From an uncultured virus (IMG/VR IMGVR_UViG_2880350357_000003) (lineage: Duplodnaviria; Heunggongvirae; Uroviricota; Caudoviricetes): a stretch of DNA of 64,000 bases. The notes under the pieces were generated by a model. That model worked only from the letters and a program-made list of their open reading frames with translations. It had not been told where the DNA came from and ran no database searches. Shown here piece by piece: positions 46,863 through 56,643 of this stretch. The translations under genes and the position numbers were made by a program. Numbering within the stretch: the first letter of the stretch is position 1; the number at the start of each line of letters is the position of its first letter. The stretch lies in IMG/VR virus record IMGVR_UViG_2880350357_000003, positions 1 to 64,000 of that record, one strand, 5' to 3'.

Positions 46863-47699
46863 ATGTCAGGTTCACAACTGGCAACAAACTGGATTTGTAT
46901 CGCCACTGCGGGTGAAACGGTGGATAAGCGAACCATTGAGGAACAATGGTTACTTGATGCCGCAGAATTATATGACCCCAATTTATATACCGCGCTGTTA
47001 TGGCCGGAGCATTCCCGTAATTTCGGGAATATGGGGGAGGTGCTGGAATTAAAAGCTGAACGTGATGATGAAGGTATTTTGCGTTTATATGCTCGTTTAT
47101 GTCCTGGTATTTCGTTACTTCAGGCGAACGCCAACGGGCAACTTTTATTTTTGTCGCCGGAATTCACACCGGACGGTAATTTCCGGAACACCGGTAAAAC
47201 CTATCTGGAAGGGCTGGCAGTCACTGACAGCCCGGCAGGAGTGAGCACCACACGGCTACGTTTCAGCCGCACCAAAGGAAAACGCATCGGCCCGTATAAG
47301 CCGCTGGCGTTTGATGAAGTCAGGGAATTTAAAAAGGAAAAGGGAATGTCTAAAGCGAAAAAAGGCTGGCGCCATTTTTTCAGTATTGAAGAACCAGAAG
47401 CGACCGCGGAGCAGGAAACATCACAGCCTGATGCTTTACAGGCGCTCGCTGAAGCGCTGGATGCGATTGATAAGCGTGTATCTGCCATTGAAACCCGTTT
47501 GGGTGAGGCGGAAGAAGCGGTATCTGATGTCCAGGAAGATGTGGACACCGTTAAGGAAGTGGTGGATACCGAAGATTTTGCGCGCCTGGTGGGCAATCTG
47601 CCGGAACTGGTGAAAAACTTCAGCAAGCTGAACAGCAAAGTTACCCAGTTGCCGGATAAAAAATTCAGCAAGGGCAAAAAAGGCTTTAATTTCCTGTAA
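46863..47699 (+). CDS. Capsid scaffolding/protease (gpO-like)
   Basis: WICIATAGETVD.R, YLEGLAVTDSPA. Confidence 0.92.
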   Translation: MSGSQLATNWICIATAGETVDKRTIEEQWLLDAAELYDPNLYTALLWPEHSRNFGNMGEVLELKAERDDEGILRLYARLCPGISLLQANANGQLLFLSPEFTPDGNFRNTGKTYLEGLAVTDSPAGVSTTRLRFSRTKGKRIGPYKPLAFDEVREFKKEKGMSKAKKGWRHFFSIEEPEATAEQETSQPDALQALAEALDAIDKRVSAIETRLGEAEEAVSDVQEDVDTVKEVVDTEDFARLVGNLPELVKNFSKLNSKVTQLPDKKFSKGKKGFNFL

Positions 47700-47733
47700 G
47701 GGATAACACAACTTTTCTTTAAGGAAAAAGAAT

Positions 47734-48762
47734 ATGCAATTAAATGCGAAAGCCCGTGAGTTTCTGCGCCAGTACCACAATGGTCTGCGTGAATCCTACG
47801 GTGCGACCGATGGCGACCGCTGGTTTGCGCTGTCAGATCCGAAAGAAACCCAGATGCGTAATGCGCTGCTGGAGGAGTCATCTTTCCTGAATCTGTTGAC
47901 GGTTGCTGATGTGGATCAGTTACAGGGGCAGGTGGTTCCGGTTGGCAGTTCTGGCCTGTATACCGGGCGTGTGCTGGATGGCCGTTTCCGTAAAAAAGTG
48001 GGCGTCAGCGGGAATGATTACAGGCTGGTCGAAACCGATTCGTGTGCCGCACTGACCTGGCAGTTGCTTTCTGTCTGGGCGAATGCCGGCGATGAAAACG
48101 AGTTTTTCCAGCGTGTCCAGGAGTTCACCAATCAGGCGTTTGCGCTGGATATGCTGCGTATCGGGTTTAATGGTACCAAAGTGGCAGAAACCACAAATGC
48201 GGAAACCAACCCGAACGGCGAGGATGTGAACAAGGGCTGGCATCAAATTGTTAAAGAGTGGAAGGACGGCCAGCAGATCATCACTGATAAGGTTGTGCTG
48301 GACGGTGACGGTAAAGGTGATTACGTGTCGCTGGATGCGATGGCATCCGATCTTATCAATGCCAAAATTCCGGCACAGTACCGTAATGATCCGCGTCTGG
48401 TGGTTCTGGTAGGTGCTGACCTGGTGGCGGCGGAGTCGTTCCGTCTGTATCAGAAAGCTGATAAACCCACTGAAAAGATTGCGGCACAGCTGCTGTCTGA
48501 CAGTATCGCCGGCCGTACGGCTTATGTTCCGCCGTTTATGCCGGGCAAGCGCATGATTGTTACCACACTGCCTAACCTGCATATCTACACCCAGCGCGGT
48601 ACGCGTCAGCGTAAAGCGGAGTTTGTGGAAGATCGCAAGCAGTATGAAAACAAATACCTGCGTAATGAAGGCTATGCCGTGGAATATCCGGAACTGTATG
48701 CCGCATTTGACGAAAGCGCGGTAACGATTGGGGCAACGGCTGCACCGTCAGCAGGCGCATAA
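47734..48762 (+). CDS. Major capsid protein
   Basis: LDMLRIGFNG, NPNGEDVNKGW, NLHIYTQ. Confidence 0.95.
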   Translation: MQLNAKAREFLRQYHNGLRESYGATDGDRWFALSDPKETQMRNALLEESSFLNLLTVADVDQLQGQVVPVGSSGLYTGRVLDGRFRKKVGVSGNDYRLVETDSCAALTWQLLSVWANAGDENEFFQRVQEFTNQAFALDMLRIGFNGTKVAETTNAETNPNGEDVNKGWHQIVKEWKDGQQIITDKVVLDGDGKGDYVSLDAMASDLINAKIPAQYRNDPRLVVLVGADLVAAESFRLYQKADKPTEKIAAQLLSDSIAGRTAYVPPFMPGKRMIVTTLPNLHIYTQRGTRQRKAEFVEDRKQYENKYLRNEGYAVEYPELYAAFDESAVTIGATAAPSAGA

Positions 48763-48773
48763 CGGGGGAAATA

Positions 48774-49472
48774 ATGCAGTTGTCACCGGCACAGCGACAC
48801 AGCGCGCGTATTGCAGCAGAACGGCTGCTGCGTCAGCAACAATCTCTCGACAGTGAAACCAGTCTGCACGTCCAGATTGCGGCACTGGAAAAGGATGTGG
48901 CAGCGGCCGCAGCGATTAGCAACCGTGCGGAGCGCATGGAGTTCAAGCGTGATGTGCTGTTGCCCCGCTGGATGCCGACCGCACAAACCTGGCTGGAAAG
49001 TGACAGCATGCATCAGAATCCCGTTTTTGCCTGGTGTGTCATCTGGCTGTTTGATACCGGCCAGTTCGATCAGGCGCTGGACTGGGCGGATGTGGCCATC
49101 GAACGGGGGCAGGAAACCCCGGCCGCGTTCGGCAGTGCGTTCCCGGTGTTTGTGGCCGATACGGTACTGGCCTGGGCGGAGACGGAAGCCGCACAGGGGC
49201 AGGATGTGGAGCCGTATTTCAGCCGCACGCTGGGAAACGTTATGCAGCACTGGAATGTGTATGAGGTCATCAAGGCCAAATATGTGAAATTTGCCGGTCT
49301 GCACCTGCTACGCGATGAGAACGGAGAGCCACGCGCAGCGGCAACGGAAGACAGGGATGTATTGCTCCGGGCGAAGGATTTGCTGGAGCAGGCGAAGGGA
49401 TTCGACCCTAAATGTGGTGTCGGCACGATGTTGCAGCGCATTGCTGCACGTCTGCGGGCGCTGGATAAGTAA
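48774..49472 (+). CDS. Terminase small subunit (gpM-like)
   Basis: LSPAQRH, IWLFDTG, GVGT...I..R; position after capsid. Confidence 0.88.
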   Translation: MQLSPAQRHSARIAAERLLRQQQSLDSETSLHVQIAALEKDVAAAAAISNRAERMEFKRDVLLPRWMPTAQTWLESDSMHQNPVFAWCVIWLFDTGQFDQALDWADVAIERGQETPAAFGSAFPVFVADTVLAWAETEAAQGQDVEPYFSRTLGNVMQHWNVYEVIKAKYVKFAGLHLLRDENGEPRAAATEDRDVLLRAKDLLEQAKGFDPKCGVGTMLQRIAARLRALDK

Positions 49473-49570
49473 TCACAGGCTACCGACCCGAAAGCGGGCG
49501 CGGTGGAGGGGAGCGCATCAGCGTATCGCCCGTGGAAACCGGCCAGCCCGCTTTTTTCCGGAGGAACAGG

Positions 49571-50023
49571 ATGTTCAGCGGAACTGCAATTGATTTTGAT
49601 GATGCCATTCTGACGAATGATGGCTTCTGGCCAGACCTGAGCGTGAAGGATTTTCAGTCCCAGCGTGCTATTCCTGCCGATATCGACGCAGCCACCATCC
49701 GTCAGGCGCTGCTGACCGCAGCCGGTGAAATCAATGATGATCTGGTCAGGGTAGTGGCGGATTGTCGCCTCAGTGGCCATGCAAGCGCGGCGGACGTTCC
49801 GGGCGTTGAGATTGACGGTGAAAATCTGTTGTGCGCCCGTTACCGCAAGGCTGTTTTTGCCCGCGCCAAAGCTGACCTGATGGGCGAATTTGCGTCTGTT
49901 GGGCGCCGTGAAAGCCATCCCGGGCAGGAAAGCGATGAAACCCGCTCCAGTCTGATAGCGGAATCCACGCTGGCGGTACGGCGTATCAAAGGGCTGAAAC
50001 GCATCACGGTGGCCATGATATGA
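49571..50023 (+). CDS. Head completion protein (gpL-like)
   Basis: NDGFWPDL, Y.KAVFARAKA. Confidence 0.88.
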   Translation: MFSGTAIDFDDAILTNDGFWPDLSVKDFQSQRAIPADIDAATIRQALLTAAGEINDDLVRVVADCRLSGHASAADVPGVEIDGENLLCARYRKAVFARAKADLMGEFASVGRRESHPGQESDETRSSLIAESTLAVRRIKGLKRITVAMI

Positions 50024-50502
50024 GCCAGCTTACCGAATTAACGGATTTTCTCATTGCGAACATGCCCAGACGGGCAATGCAGGGATTTGACAGCCAGATG
50101 GATGAAATCGCATTCATCCCGGCACAGCGTGACACCGGGCTGGGGCAGTATCGCATTGCCATCATTCGTTATAACGCCGTGCTGACGTGGGAGCGTTATC
50201 CCTACCGTGAGTACGATCCCAAAATTCTGATGGCGTTATTTATGTCGTGGCTTTGTCAGGATGAGCGGGCGCTCTTTGAGGAAACCGGCATTGATGCCGA
50301 ATTACCGGAATTTGATATCGAAACCATCGACCAGGAAACCGCCATTATGGTGGTGACGCTGCCAATGGTGGAGGAACTGAATCTGATCCCCGATCCCAAA
50401 GGTCAGATCCCGTTTGATGGCCAGCGCTGGAAGCTGGCAAACCCCGAAGTCTGGACGGCGGATGAGGTGACGGTGATCCCCGTCAATGAGGGGGAGGGAT
50501 GA
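50020..50502 (+). CDS. Tail completion protein (gpR-like)
   Basis: Position; ERYPYR, IPFDGQRWKL. Confidence 0.75.
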   Translation: MSQLTELTDFLIANMPRRAMQGFDSQMDEIAFIPAQRDTGLGQYRIAIIRYNAVLTWERYPYREYDPKILMALFMSWLCQDERALFEETGIDAELPEFDIETIDQETAIMVVTLPMVEELNLIPDPKGQIPFDGQRWKLANPEVWTADEVTVIPVNEGEG

Positions 50503-51203
50503 TAAATGGCGAACTGAACCAGGAACAGTTCCGCCAGCTACAGGAGGCGCTGAAAAAGCTGGATTTGCCTCCTGCCAGACGTCGCCGGCTGTTGTGGCGC
50601 ATGGCGAAATACGGCGTGGAAGCCGCAGCAAAGCGCAATGTGCGCAACCAGCAGTCACCGGAGGGGGATAAGTGGCAGGGGAGACAGACCCGGCGTAAAG
50701 GCAAGATGTTGCGCAATATGCCGAAACTTATCCGCATCCGTGAAATGCCGGAAACGGATTCCGTCAGGTTGTATCTGGCCGGTGGCCATTACCGGAATGC
50801 GAAGGGAAATCTGCCTGCCGGCGTGGTGGGTTATGTCCAGCAGAATGGCATGAGCGTAACCGTCAACCGCAGGCAGGTGGAAGGCCGTGAGCAGGGGGAT
50901 AAACCTGCATCACTGCGACAGGCGAAACGTCTGCGTAAGGCCGGGTATAAAGTCAGGCGCGGCAAGCGCTGGCGTAAGCCCGGTTATAAGGAAATACAGG
51001 AAAAAATGACCGCCAGACAGGCAGGTTTGCTTATCCGGATACTGGAGGATAAACCGGTCAAAACATCCTGGCAGATTGATTTACCTGCCAGGGCGTTTCT
51101 GGGGATAGGTCAGGATGATTTTAACAGAGCGCTGGCACGACAGCTTCAGGCTATCGGGTTCGGCTGGGATGTTAACGCGCAGGATATCAGGGGGAGAGCA
51201 TGA
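50499..51203 (+). CDS. Virion morphogenesis protein (gpS-like)
   Basis: NVRNQQSPEG.KW..R, PARAFLG. Confidence 0.85.
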   Translation: MINGELNQEQFRQLQEALKKLDLPPARRRRLLWRMAKYGVEAAAKRNVRNQQSPEGDKWQGRQTRRKGKMLRNMPKLIRIREMPETDSVRLYLAGGHYRNAKGNLPAGVVGYVQQNGMSVTVNRRQVEGREQGDKPASLRQAKRLRKAGYKVRRGKRWRKPGYKEIQEKMTARQAGLLIRILEDKPVKTSWQIDLPARAFLGIGQDDFNRALARQLQAIGFGWDVNAQDIRGRA

Positions 51204-52327
51204 CCTGGCCAATCGTAACCGTTAACCAGGTAAACCAGTTACTGGGTGAAACCAAAGAGGTGGAACGCACGTTGCTGTTTATCGGTACGGGTACCAAAAA
51301 TGTGGGAAAAACTCTGGCTGTTAATGCACAGAGTGACTTTAACGCGCTACTGGGTGAGGGAAACAGTCCGTTAAAAAGTGATGTACTGGCTGCACTGGCG
51401 AACGCCGGCCAGAACTGGTGGGGATTTGTTCATGTACTGGCCGCAGACAGTGAGCCGGGCGCGTGGGTGGATGCCGTCAAAGCTGCACAGGTTTCCTGCT
51501 CGGTGGAAGGCGTGGTGCTGTCGGATGATGTGGCGGCAAAAGAACAGATTAACCAGGCGGCAACGCTGCGATCTGAACTGATTGCGCAATACGGGCGCTG
51601 GGTGTGGTTCATCCTGGCGGTTCAGGGAATGCAGGAGGATGAAGCCCAGGCGGATTATCTGAAACGTCTGTCCACCCTTCAGCAGGGTATTGCAGAGAAA
51701 GCGGTTCAGCTGGTTCCGCGTCTGTGGGGGAATGAACCGGGCGTGCTGGCCGGTCGCCTGTGTAACCGGGCGGTGACGGTTGCTGACAGTCCGGCGAGGG
51801 TGAAAACCGGGCCGTTACTGAATCTGGGCAGCGATGAACTGCCGGAAGATGGCACCGGGAAAACACTGGAGCTGGCCACCCTTAAAGCGCTGGAAGCGCA
51901 GCGCTACAGCGTGCCGATGTGGTATCCGGATTATGACGGCTTTTACTGGGCTGACGGACGTACGCTGGATGTGGAAGGGGGGGATTATCAGTCCATTGAG
52001 ACGCTACGTATTGTGGACAAGGCCGCCCGTCGTGTCCGTCTGCTGGCTATCGGTAAAATTGCCGATCGTTCGCTGAACAGTACGCCAGGCAGCATCGCGG
52101 CACACCAGACGCTGTTTGCCCGCCCACTGCGCGAAATGTCCACGGCGGCCAGCATTAACGGTGTGTCATTTCCGGGCGAAGTGAAGCCACCGCAGGACGG
52201 TGACGTGACCATTGTCTGGAAGAACAAAAAGGCGGTGGATATCTACATTGTGGTGCGTACGTATGAAGTACCACTGCAAATCACCATCAGTCTGTTACTG
52301 GATGCGAGTCTGGAGGCCAGCGCATGA
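51200..52327 (+). CDS. Tail sheath protein (HP1-type)
   Basis: MTWP.V.VNQ.N, GRLC..V.VADSPARVKTG, WYPDYDG.YW. Confidence 0.85.
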   Translation: MTWPIVTVNQVNQLLGETKEVERTLLFIGTGTKNVGKTLAVNAQSDFNALLGEGNSPLKSDVLAALANAGQNWWGFVHVLAADSEPGAWVDAVKAAQVSCSVEGVVLSDDVAAKEQINQAATLRSELIAQYGRWVWFILAVQGMQEDEAQADYLKRLSTLQQGIAEKAVQLVPRLWGNEPGVLAGRLCNRAVTVADSPARVKTGPLLNLGSDELPEDGTGKTLELATLKALEAQRYSVPMWYPDYDGFYWADGRTLDVEGGDYQSIETLRIVDKAARRVRLLAIGKIADRSLNSTPGSIAAHQTLFARPLREMSTAASINGVSFPGEVKPPQDGDVTIVWKNKKAVDIYIVVRTYEVPLQITISLLLDASLEASA

Positions 52328-52779
52328 CCAAACGTATTTCAGGGATGTCCTTTGACGTCTACGTGGACGGCGACCTGATCCATATTGAAAAGATTTCGCT
52401 GGATATCACCGACAACAGCGCCGCAGCTCAGACACGCGGTGTACCTGACGGCTATGTCGACGGCGATGTGGCCGCAGAGGGTGAAATTGAAGTCAGTTCA
52501 AAAGTGCTTCAGGTACTGACGGCCAAAGCCCGTTCAGCCGGTTCATGGCGGGGCATTCCCCCTGTGGACTTCCTTTTTTACGCCAAAGCCGGCAGCGAAG
52601 AAATGAAGGTGGAAACCTTCGGTAATAAGCTCCAGCTCAATAGTGTACTGGATGTTGATCCGAAGGGCAGCAGCGTGTCCACGCATAAAATTAAATACTT
52701 CGTGACCAGTCCGAAGTTCGTCAACATCAACGGCGTTCCGTATCTGGAAGCGGAGGCCACGGAAAACCTGGTTGGATAA
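52324..52779 (+). CDS. Tail tube protein (HP1-type)
   Basis: RISGMSFD, TRGVPDGYVDGDVAAEGE, VTSP.FV.INGVPYL. Confidence 0.85.
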   Translation: MTKRISGMSFDVYVDGDLIHIEKISLDITDNSAAAQTRGVPDGYVDGDVAAEGEIEVSSKVLQVLTAKARSAGSWRGIPPVDFLFYAKAGSEEMKVETFGNKLQLNSVLDVDPKGSSVSTHKIKYFVTSPKFVNINGVPYLEAEATENLVG

Positions 52780-52791
52780 GGGGCAGCAGGG

Positions 52792-53088
52792 ATGCAGGAC
52801 TATGAAAAGGGATTTATTGCCCTTGTGGTTATGGGGGGGCTGATTGCACTGGGGAAACTACTTAACAGTGACGAGCCGATTACCCTTCGTCTGGTGGCCG
52901 GCCGTGTCATTGTCGGAGCCGGGTTATCTGTTATTGCCGGCGTTGCTCTTTACTTTGTACCAAATATTCATCCGCTGGCATTGCTGGGATTTGGTTCTGG
53001 TCTGGGGATTCTGGGACAAAACGTGGTGGAAGCATGGTTACGTAAACGTGGATTTGCCGGAATTTTGGGCAAGGGGGTGACAAAGTGA
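52792..53088 (+). CDS. Holin
   Basis: Three hydrophobic segments, EPITLRL; same family as the prophage 1 holin. Confidence 0.85.
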   Translation: MQDYEKGFIALVVMGGLIALGKLLNSDEPITLRLVAGRVIVGAGLSVIAGVALYFVPNIHPLALLGFGSGLGILGQNVVEAWLRKRGFAGILGKGVTK

Positions 53089-53426
53089 CACTGAGTGAAA
53101 AACAGCAGTTGTTTACCATTATGGTGGCAAATCTGATCCACTGGGCAGAAGAACACGGCTACCGGCTGACGTTCGGGGAGGCTTACCGCACGCCGGAACA
53201 GGCGGCGCTGAACGCTAAAAAGGGTAGCGGTATTACCAACAGTCTGCATACCCGGCGTCTGGCGGTGGATTTTAACCTGTTTATTAACGGCCAGTACCAG
53301 ACCCGCACAGAGGATTACCTGCCGCTGGGCGAATACTGGGAGTCACTGGGCGGCAGCTGGGGCGGGCGCTTCAAATCCAGGCCGGACGGCAATCATTTCA
53401 GTCTGGAACATGACGGGGTTCGCTGA
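53085..53426 (+). CDS. Endolysin, M15-type peptidase
   Basis: GEAYRTPEQ, SLH..RLAVD, WGG.F..D.NHF. Confidence 0.88.
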   Translation: MTLSEKQQLFTIMVANLIHWAEEHGYRLTFGEAYRTPEQAALNAKKGSGITNSLHTRRLAVDFNLFINGQYQTRTEDYLPLGEYWESLGGSWGGRFKSRPDGNHFSLEHDGVR

Positions 53427-53758
53427 TGGAGCGTGTGGTGGCGGGCTGGCTTGTGACGGTTGTTCTGGCCTTCTGGGCAGGCTGGAAGGCGGCTAACTGG
53501 CAGCGTGACAGTATCGATCTGGCCATCAGCCGGTCAGCCAGCGCTACCGGGGAAACGCTGGCGAGCGTGGCCGGTGAATCCGGGCGAAAACTGGAAGAAC
53601 AACTGGAGGCTTTGAAAAATGCGCCGCCGCGTGAAATTCGTACGGAGGTGGTTAAACCGGTGTTTACTAACGTGTGCCTGTCTGATGACTTTGTCCGCAT
53701 GTACAACGACGCCGTCACCAGTACCGAACGTACGTTATCAGGAAAACCTGAAAACTAA
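53426..53758 (+). CDS. Putative i-spanin
   Basis: N-terminal TM, C-terminal Cys; follows endolysin. Confidence 0.7.
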   Translation: MERVVAGWLVTVVLAFWAGWKAANWQRDSIDLAISRSASATGETLASVAGESGRKLEEQLEALKNAPPREIRTEVVKPVFTNVCLSDDFVRMYNDAVTSTERTLSGKPEN

Positions 53759-53918
53759 ATGTGCCACGCAGCTGCCGCGCCTGAATGGCACGCAGGGAAA
53801 AGATGCGGCGGAATTACTGACACTTTATCTGGAGTTATACGGGCAGTGTGCTGCACGTCATAACACGCTGGTTGATGAAATTAATTTAAGAGAGAATATT
53901 ATTTATGGAAAAAATTAA
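53619..53918 (+). CDS. Putative o-spanin lipoprotein
   Basis: Lipobox LSAC, overlaps i-spanin, Y..CAARH. Confidence 0.72.
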   Translation: MRRRVKFVRRWLNRCLLTCACLMTLSACTTTPSPVPNVRYQENLKTKCATQLPRLNGTQGKDAAELLTLYLELYGQCAARHNTLVDEINLRENIIYGKN

Positions 53919-54162
53919 TCTGGTTGTATGTAAGAAAGAAATTACGTTTGAACCAAATCAGACGGCTTATAATAAATTCATCAATGAAATGGCGATGGAT
54001 AATAAAGTGGCTCCAGCCCATAGTTATCTTATGCGTATTGTTGTACCAGAGTGTAAAGAAGCGCTGGAAGATATTCTGAAGCGTCCGGGGGCAGCGCTTC
54101 AACTTGCAGGGAAAATCAATGAGCTTTATGCGCCAGAACTGGAAATTGAAGTAAAAAACTGA
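53905..54162 (+). CDS. Tail assembly chaperone
   Basis: AYNKFINEM..DNKVAPA..YL; directly before the TMP region. Confidence 0.8.
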   Translation: MEKINLVVCKKEITFEPNQTAYNKFINEMAMDNKVAPAHSYLMRIVVPECKEALEDILKRPGAALQLAGKINELYAPELEIEVKN

Positions 54163-54353
54163 CAAAGCGAGTCCGGTCAATTGAACAGAACGGACTCGAA
54201 CAATATCTGATTTTACGGCGTCATTATTTACCGCACGGTCAGGATTCCGTGGATGATATTTCCGCCGCTATCTGGCTGGATAATCGCCACTGGGAAAATA
54301 CGCGCATAGCGGTTGCTAACGGAATAAGCACCGCATTTAAAGGTTCAGGATGA
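54153..54353 (+). CDS. -1 frameshift extension of tail chaperone (not in ORF track)
   Basis: A AAA AAC heptamer before the stop; -1 frame LTKRVRSIEQNGLEQYLILRRHYLP..AIWLD..AFKGSG* overlaps the TMP ATG. Confidence 0.75.
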   Translation, partial: KKLTKRVRSIEQNGLEQYLILRRHYLPHGQDSVDDISAAIWLDNRHWENTRIAVANGISTAFKGSG

Positions 54354-56317
54354 AACAGTTAGATTTTACATTAAGCCTGATTGATAAACTGACGCGCCCG
54401 TTAAAGCAGGTGCAGAGCAGTGTCACAGGCTTTGCGGAAAAATCGAAAGCGGCCTTTACGCAGATTGGGGGCGGTGCGCTGGCTTTAGCCGGCACAGGGA
54501 TGGCCATCAAAGGGGCGTTATCGCCGGCTATTGAGATGTATGACGCACTGAATGACGCTGCGGCAAAAGGGATTGATGATCAGGCTTTAAAGGCTGTCCA
54601 GCGTGATGCGCTGCGGTTCAGTATGACCTACGGTGCCAGCGCGGTGGAGTTTGTTAAGTCCACAGAAAATATTAATGCCTCCATTGCCGGCCTCGCCGGT
54701 AATGAGCTGCCGAAAGTGACAAAAGTTGCTAATACCCTGGCATTTGCCCTGAGATCCACATCTGCCGAAACGGCGGAATTTATGGGGCAGATGTTCGGTA
54801 ACTTTTCCGCTGATGCGGAGCGTCTGGGCAAGGTTCAGTTCGCTGAGCAGCTGGCCGGAAAAATGGTGTATATGCGCAAGGTCTTCGGTACTGAAATGGG
54901 CACTATCAAAGACCTGATGGAAGGGGCGCGGGGCGTTGGTACCAACTACGGCGTCGGACTGGATGAACAGCTGGCCGTACTGGGGCAGCTTAACCGCACG
55001 CTGGGAACGGAAGCCAGCAGCGCTTACGAAGGCTTCATGACCGGAGCCATTGAGGGCGGTAAAAAGCTGGGGCTGTCCTTTACGGATGCCACCGGCAAAA
55101 TGCTGTCCATGCCTGAAATGCTGATCAAGTTACAGGGCAAGTATGGCAAAAGTCTGGAAGGGAACCTGAAAGCACAGGCGGAGCTGGATGCGGCATTTGG
55201 TGACAGTTCGGCGGTGGTGAAACACCTGTACGGCAATGTGGCCTTACTGCAACGTAACATCACTGAGCTGGGCGGTTCTGACGGGCTGAAGCGTACACAG
55301 GAGATGGCCGGCAAACTGGTGAAACCGTGGGATCGCTTTGTACAGATCCTTAAGTCTGTTCAGACCGTCATTGGACTGACGTTGATCCCCGTTCTGTATC
55401 CGGTGCTGAACCGCCTGGCTGATATGGGACAGACCTTTGCCCGCTGGATGCAGTTGTTTCCCAACATTGCGCGTGTTATCGGTTATGCGGCTATGGCGTT
55501 GTTGGGGTTTGCTGCTGCCGGCGCAATAGCTAACATCGTTCTGGGCGTCTCAAAACTTATTAAGCTGGGTGCGATTGCTTTCTGGAAGACACTGACTTCA
55601 GTCACGAAGATATACACCGCCACCGTCTGGATTGCCTCAAAAGCTGTAGCGGCATGGAATCTGACGCTTAAATTTCTGCGTGGTACGCTTCTTGCGGTTC
55701 GTATGGCGGCAATTATGGCCGGAATTGGCATAAATCTGATGAGCTGGCCGGTTCTGCTGGTTATTGGTGCGATTGGCCTGCTGGCAGCAGGGTGTTATCT
55801 GCTGATTAAACACTGGGACGATGTACAGGCGGCGGTGATGAATACGGCAGCGTTTACCGCTGTGGCTGGCGTTGTCGAATGGCTTGCCGGTGTGTTCTCG
55901 ACGGCATGGCAATGGATTAAGGACGGCTGGAACGGCTTTATTAATCTGCTGACGGGATTTTCACCTTCACAGGCATTAAGCGGGATGGCCGGTGGTATTG
56001 TATCCATGTTTGATAATATCTGGCAGTCCGTTAAAGGTAGCTTCCTGAAATCATGGAACTGGATTGTAGAAAAGCTGAATAAAATACCCGGTGTCAATAT
56101 TTCGCTGGCTAACGAGTCACCGTCGGCACTGACAACAAATACGCTTTCTACTGGTGGAGAATTAAAAGGTATTGATAAAGGTGGTATTAATAAATCTATA
56201 AGTAATAACTCAGGGGCTGTGACGGATAACAGCCGGAAAATTAATACTGTCAATATCTATCCAAAAGAAATGATAACGCCGGGGCAGTTAATGGAGTTTC
56301 AGGAGCTGGGCGTATGA
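54350..56317 (+). CDS. Tail tape measure protein
   Basis: LDFTLSLIDKLTRPLK; Ala/Gly-rich; C-terminal hydrophobic/Trp repeats. Confidence 0.92.
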   Translation: MKQLDFTLSLIDKLTRPLKQVQSSVTGFAEKSKAAFTQIGGGALALAGTGMAIKGALSPAIEMYDALNDAAAKGIDDQALKAVQRDALRFSMTYGASAVEFVKSTENINASIAGLAGNELPKVTKVANTLAFALRSTSAETAEFMGQMFGNFSADAERLGKVQFAEQLAGKMVYMRKVFGTEMGTIKDLMEGARGVGTNYGVGLDEQLAVLGQLNRTLGTEASSAYEGFMTGAIEGGKKLGLSFTDATGKMLSMPEMLIKLQGKYGKSLEGNLKAQAELDAAFGDSSAVVKHLYGNVALLQRNITELGGSDGLKRTQEMAGKLVKPWDRFVQILKSVQTVIGLTLIPVLYPVLNRLADMGQTFARWMQLFPNIARVIGYAAMALLGFAAAGAIANIVLGVSKLIKLGAIAFWKTLTSVTKIYTATVWIASKAVAAWNLTLKFLRGTLLAVRMAAIMAGIGINLMSWPVLLVIGAIGLLAAGCYLLIKHWDDVQAAVMNTAAFTAVAGVVEWLAGVFSTAWQWIKDGWNGFINLLTGFSPSQALSGMAGGIVSMFDNIWQSVKGSFLKSWNWIVEKLNKIPGVNISLANESPSALTTNTLSTGGELKGIDKGGINKSISNNSGAVTDNSRKINTVNIYPKEMITPGQLMEFQELGV

Positions 56318-56643
56318 ATGAAATTCTGTATGTTGATTTATTAATTCAGGGAAATGACTTTGTCCTGAATACCGGTAATGAACCTGAATTATGTAATAAC
56401 CGTAAAAGTATCGGGCAGGACATTATTCATTCCATTATTGAAAGCGGTCTGGCGACGGAATTAATTGCCGAGAGAAGCCCGACCATGCGGGCAGATATTT
56501 TTACCCGTATGGAATTACTGATTGAGGATGATGAACGTATCGTTCCGGGAACAGTGGAAATCGGTGAAGAAAGCCGGACACGGTTGTGGATCACGGCCAG
56601 CACTTATGACTTCGGCGGAATATCGGTACAGGTGGATTTATGA
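56314..56643 (+). CDS. Baseplate protein (HP1-type, gp25-like)
   Basis: SIGQDI.H.IIESGL, E.DERIVPGT. Confidence 0.75.
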   Translation: MNEILYVDLLIQGNDFVLNTGNEPELCNNRKSIGQDIIHSIIESGLATELIAERSPTMRADIFTRMELLIEDDERIVPGTVEIGEESRTRLWITASTYDFGGISVQVDL

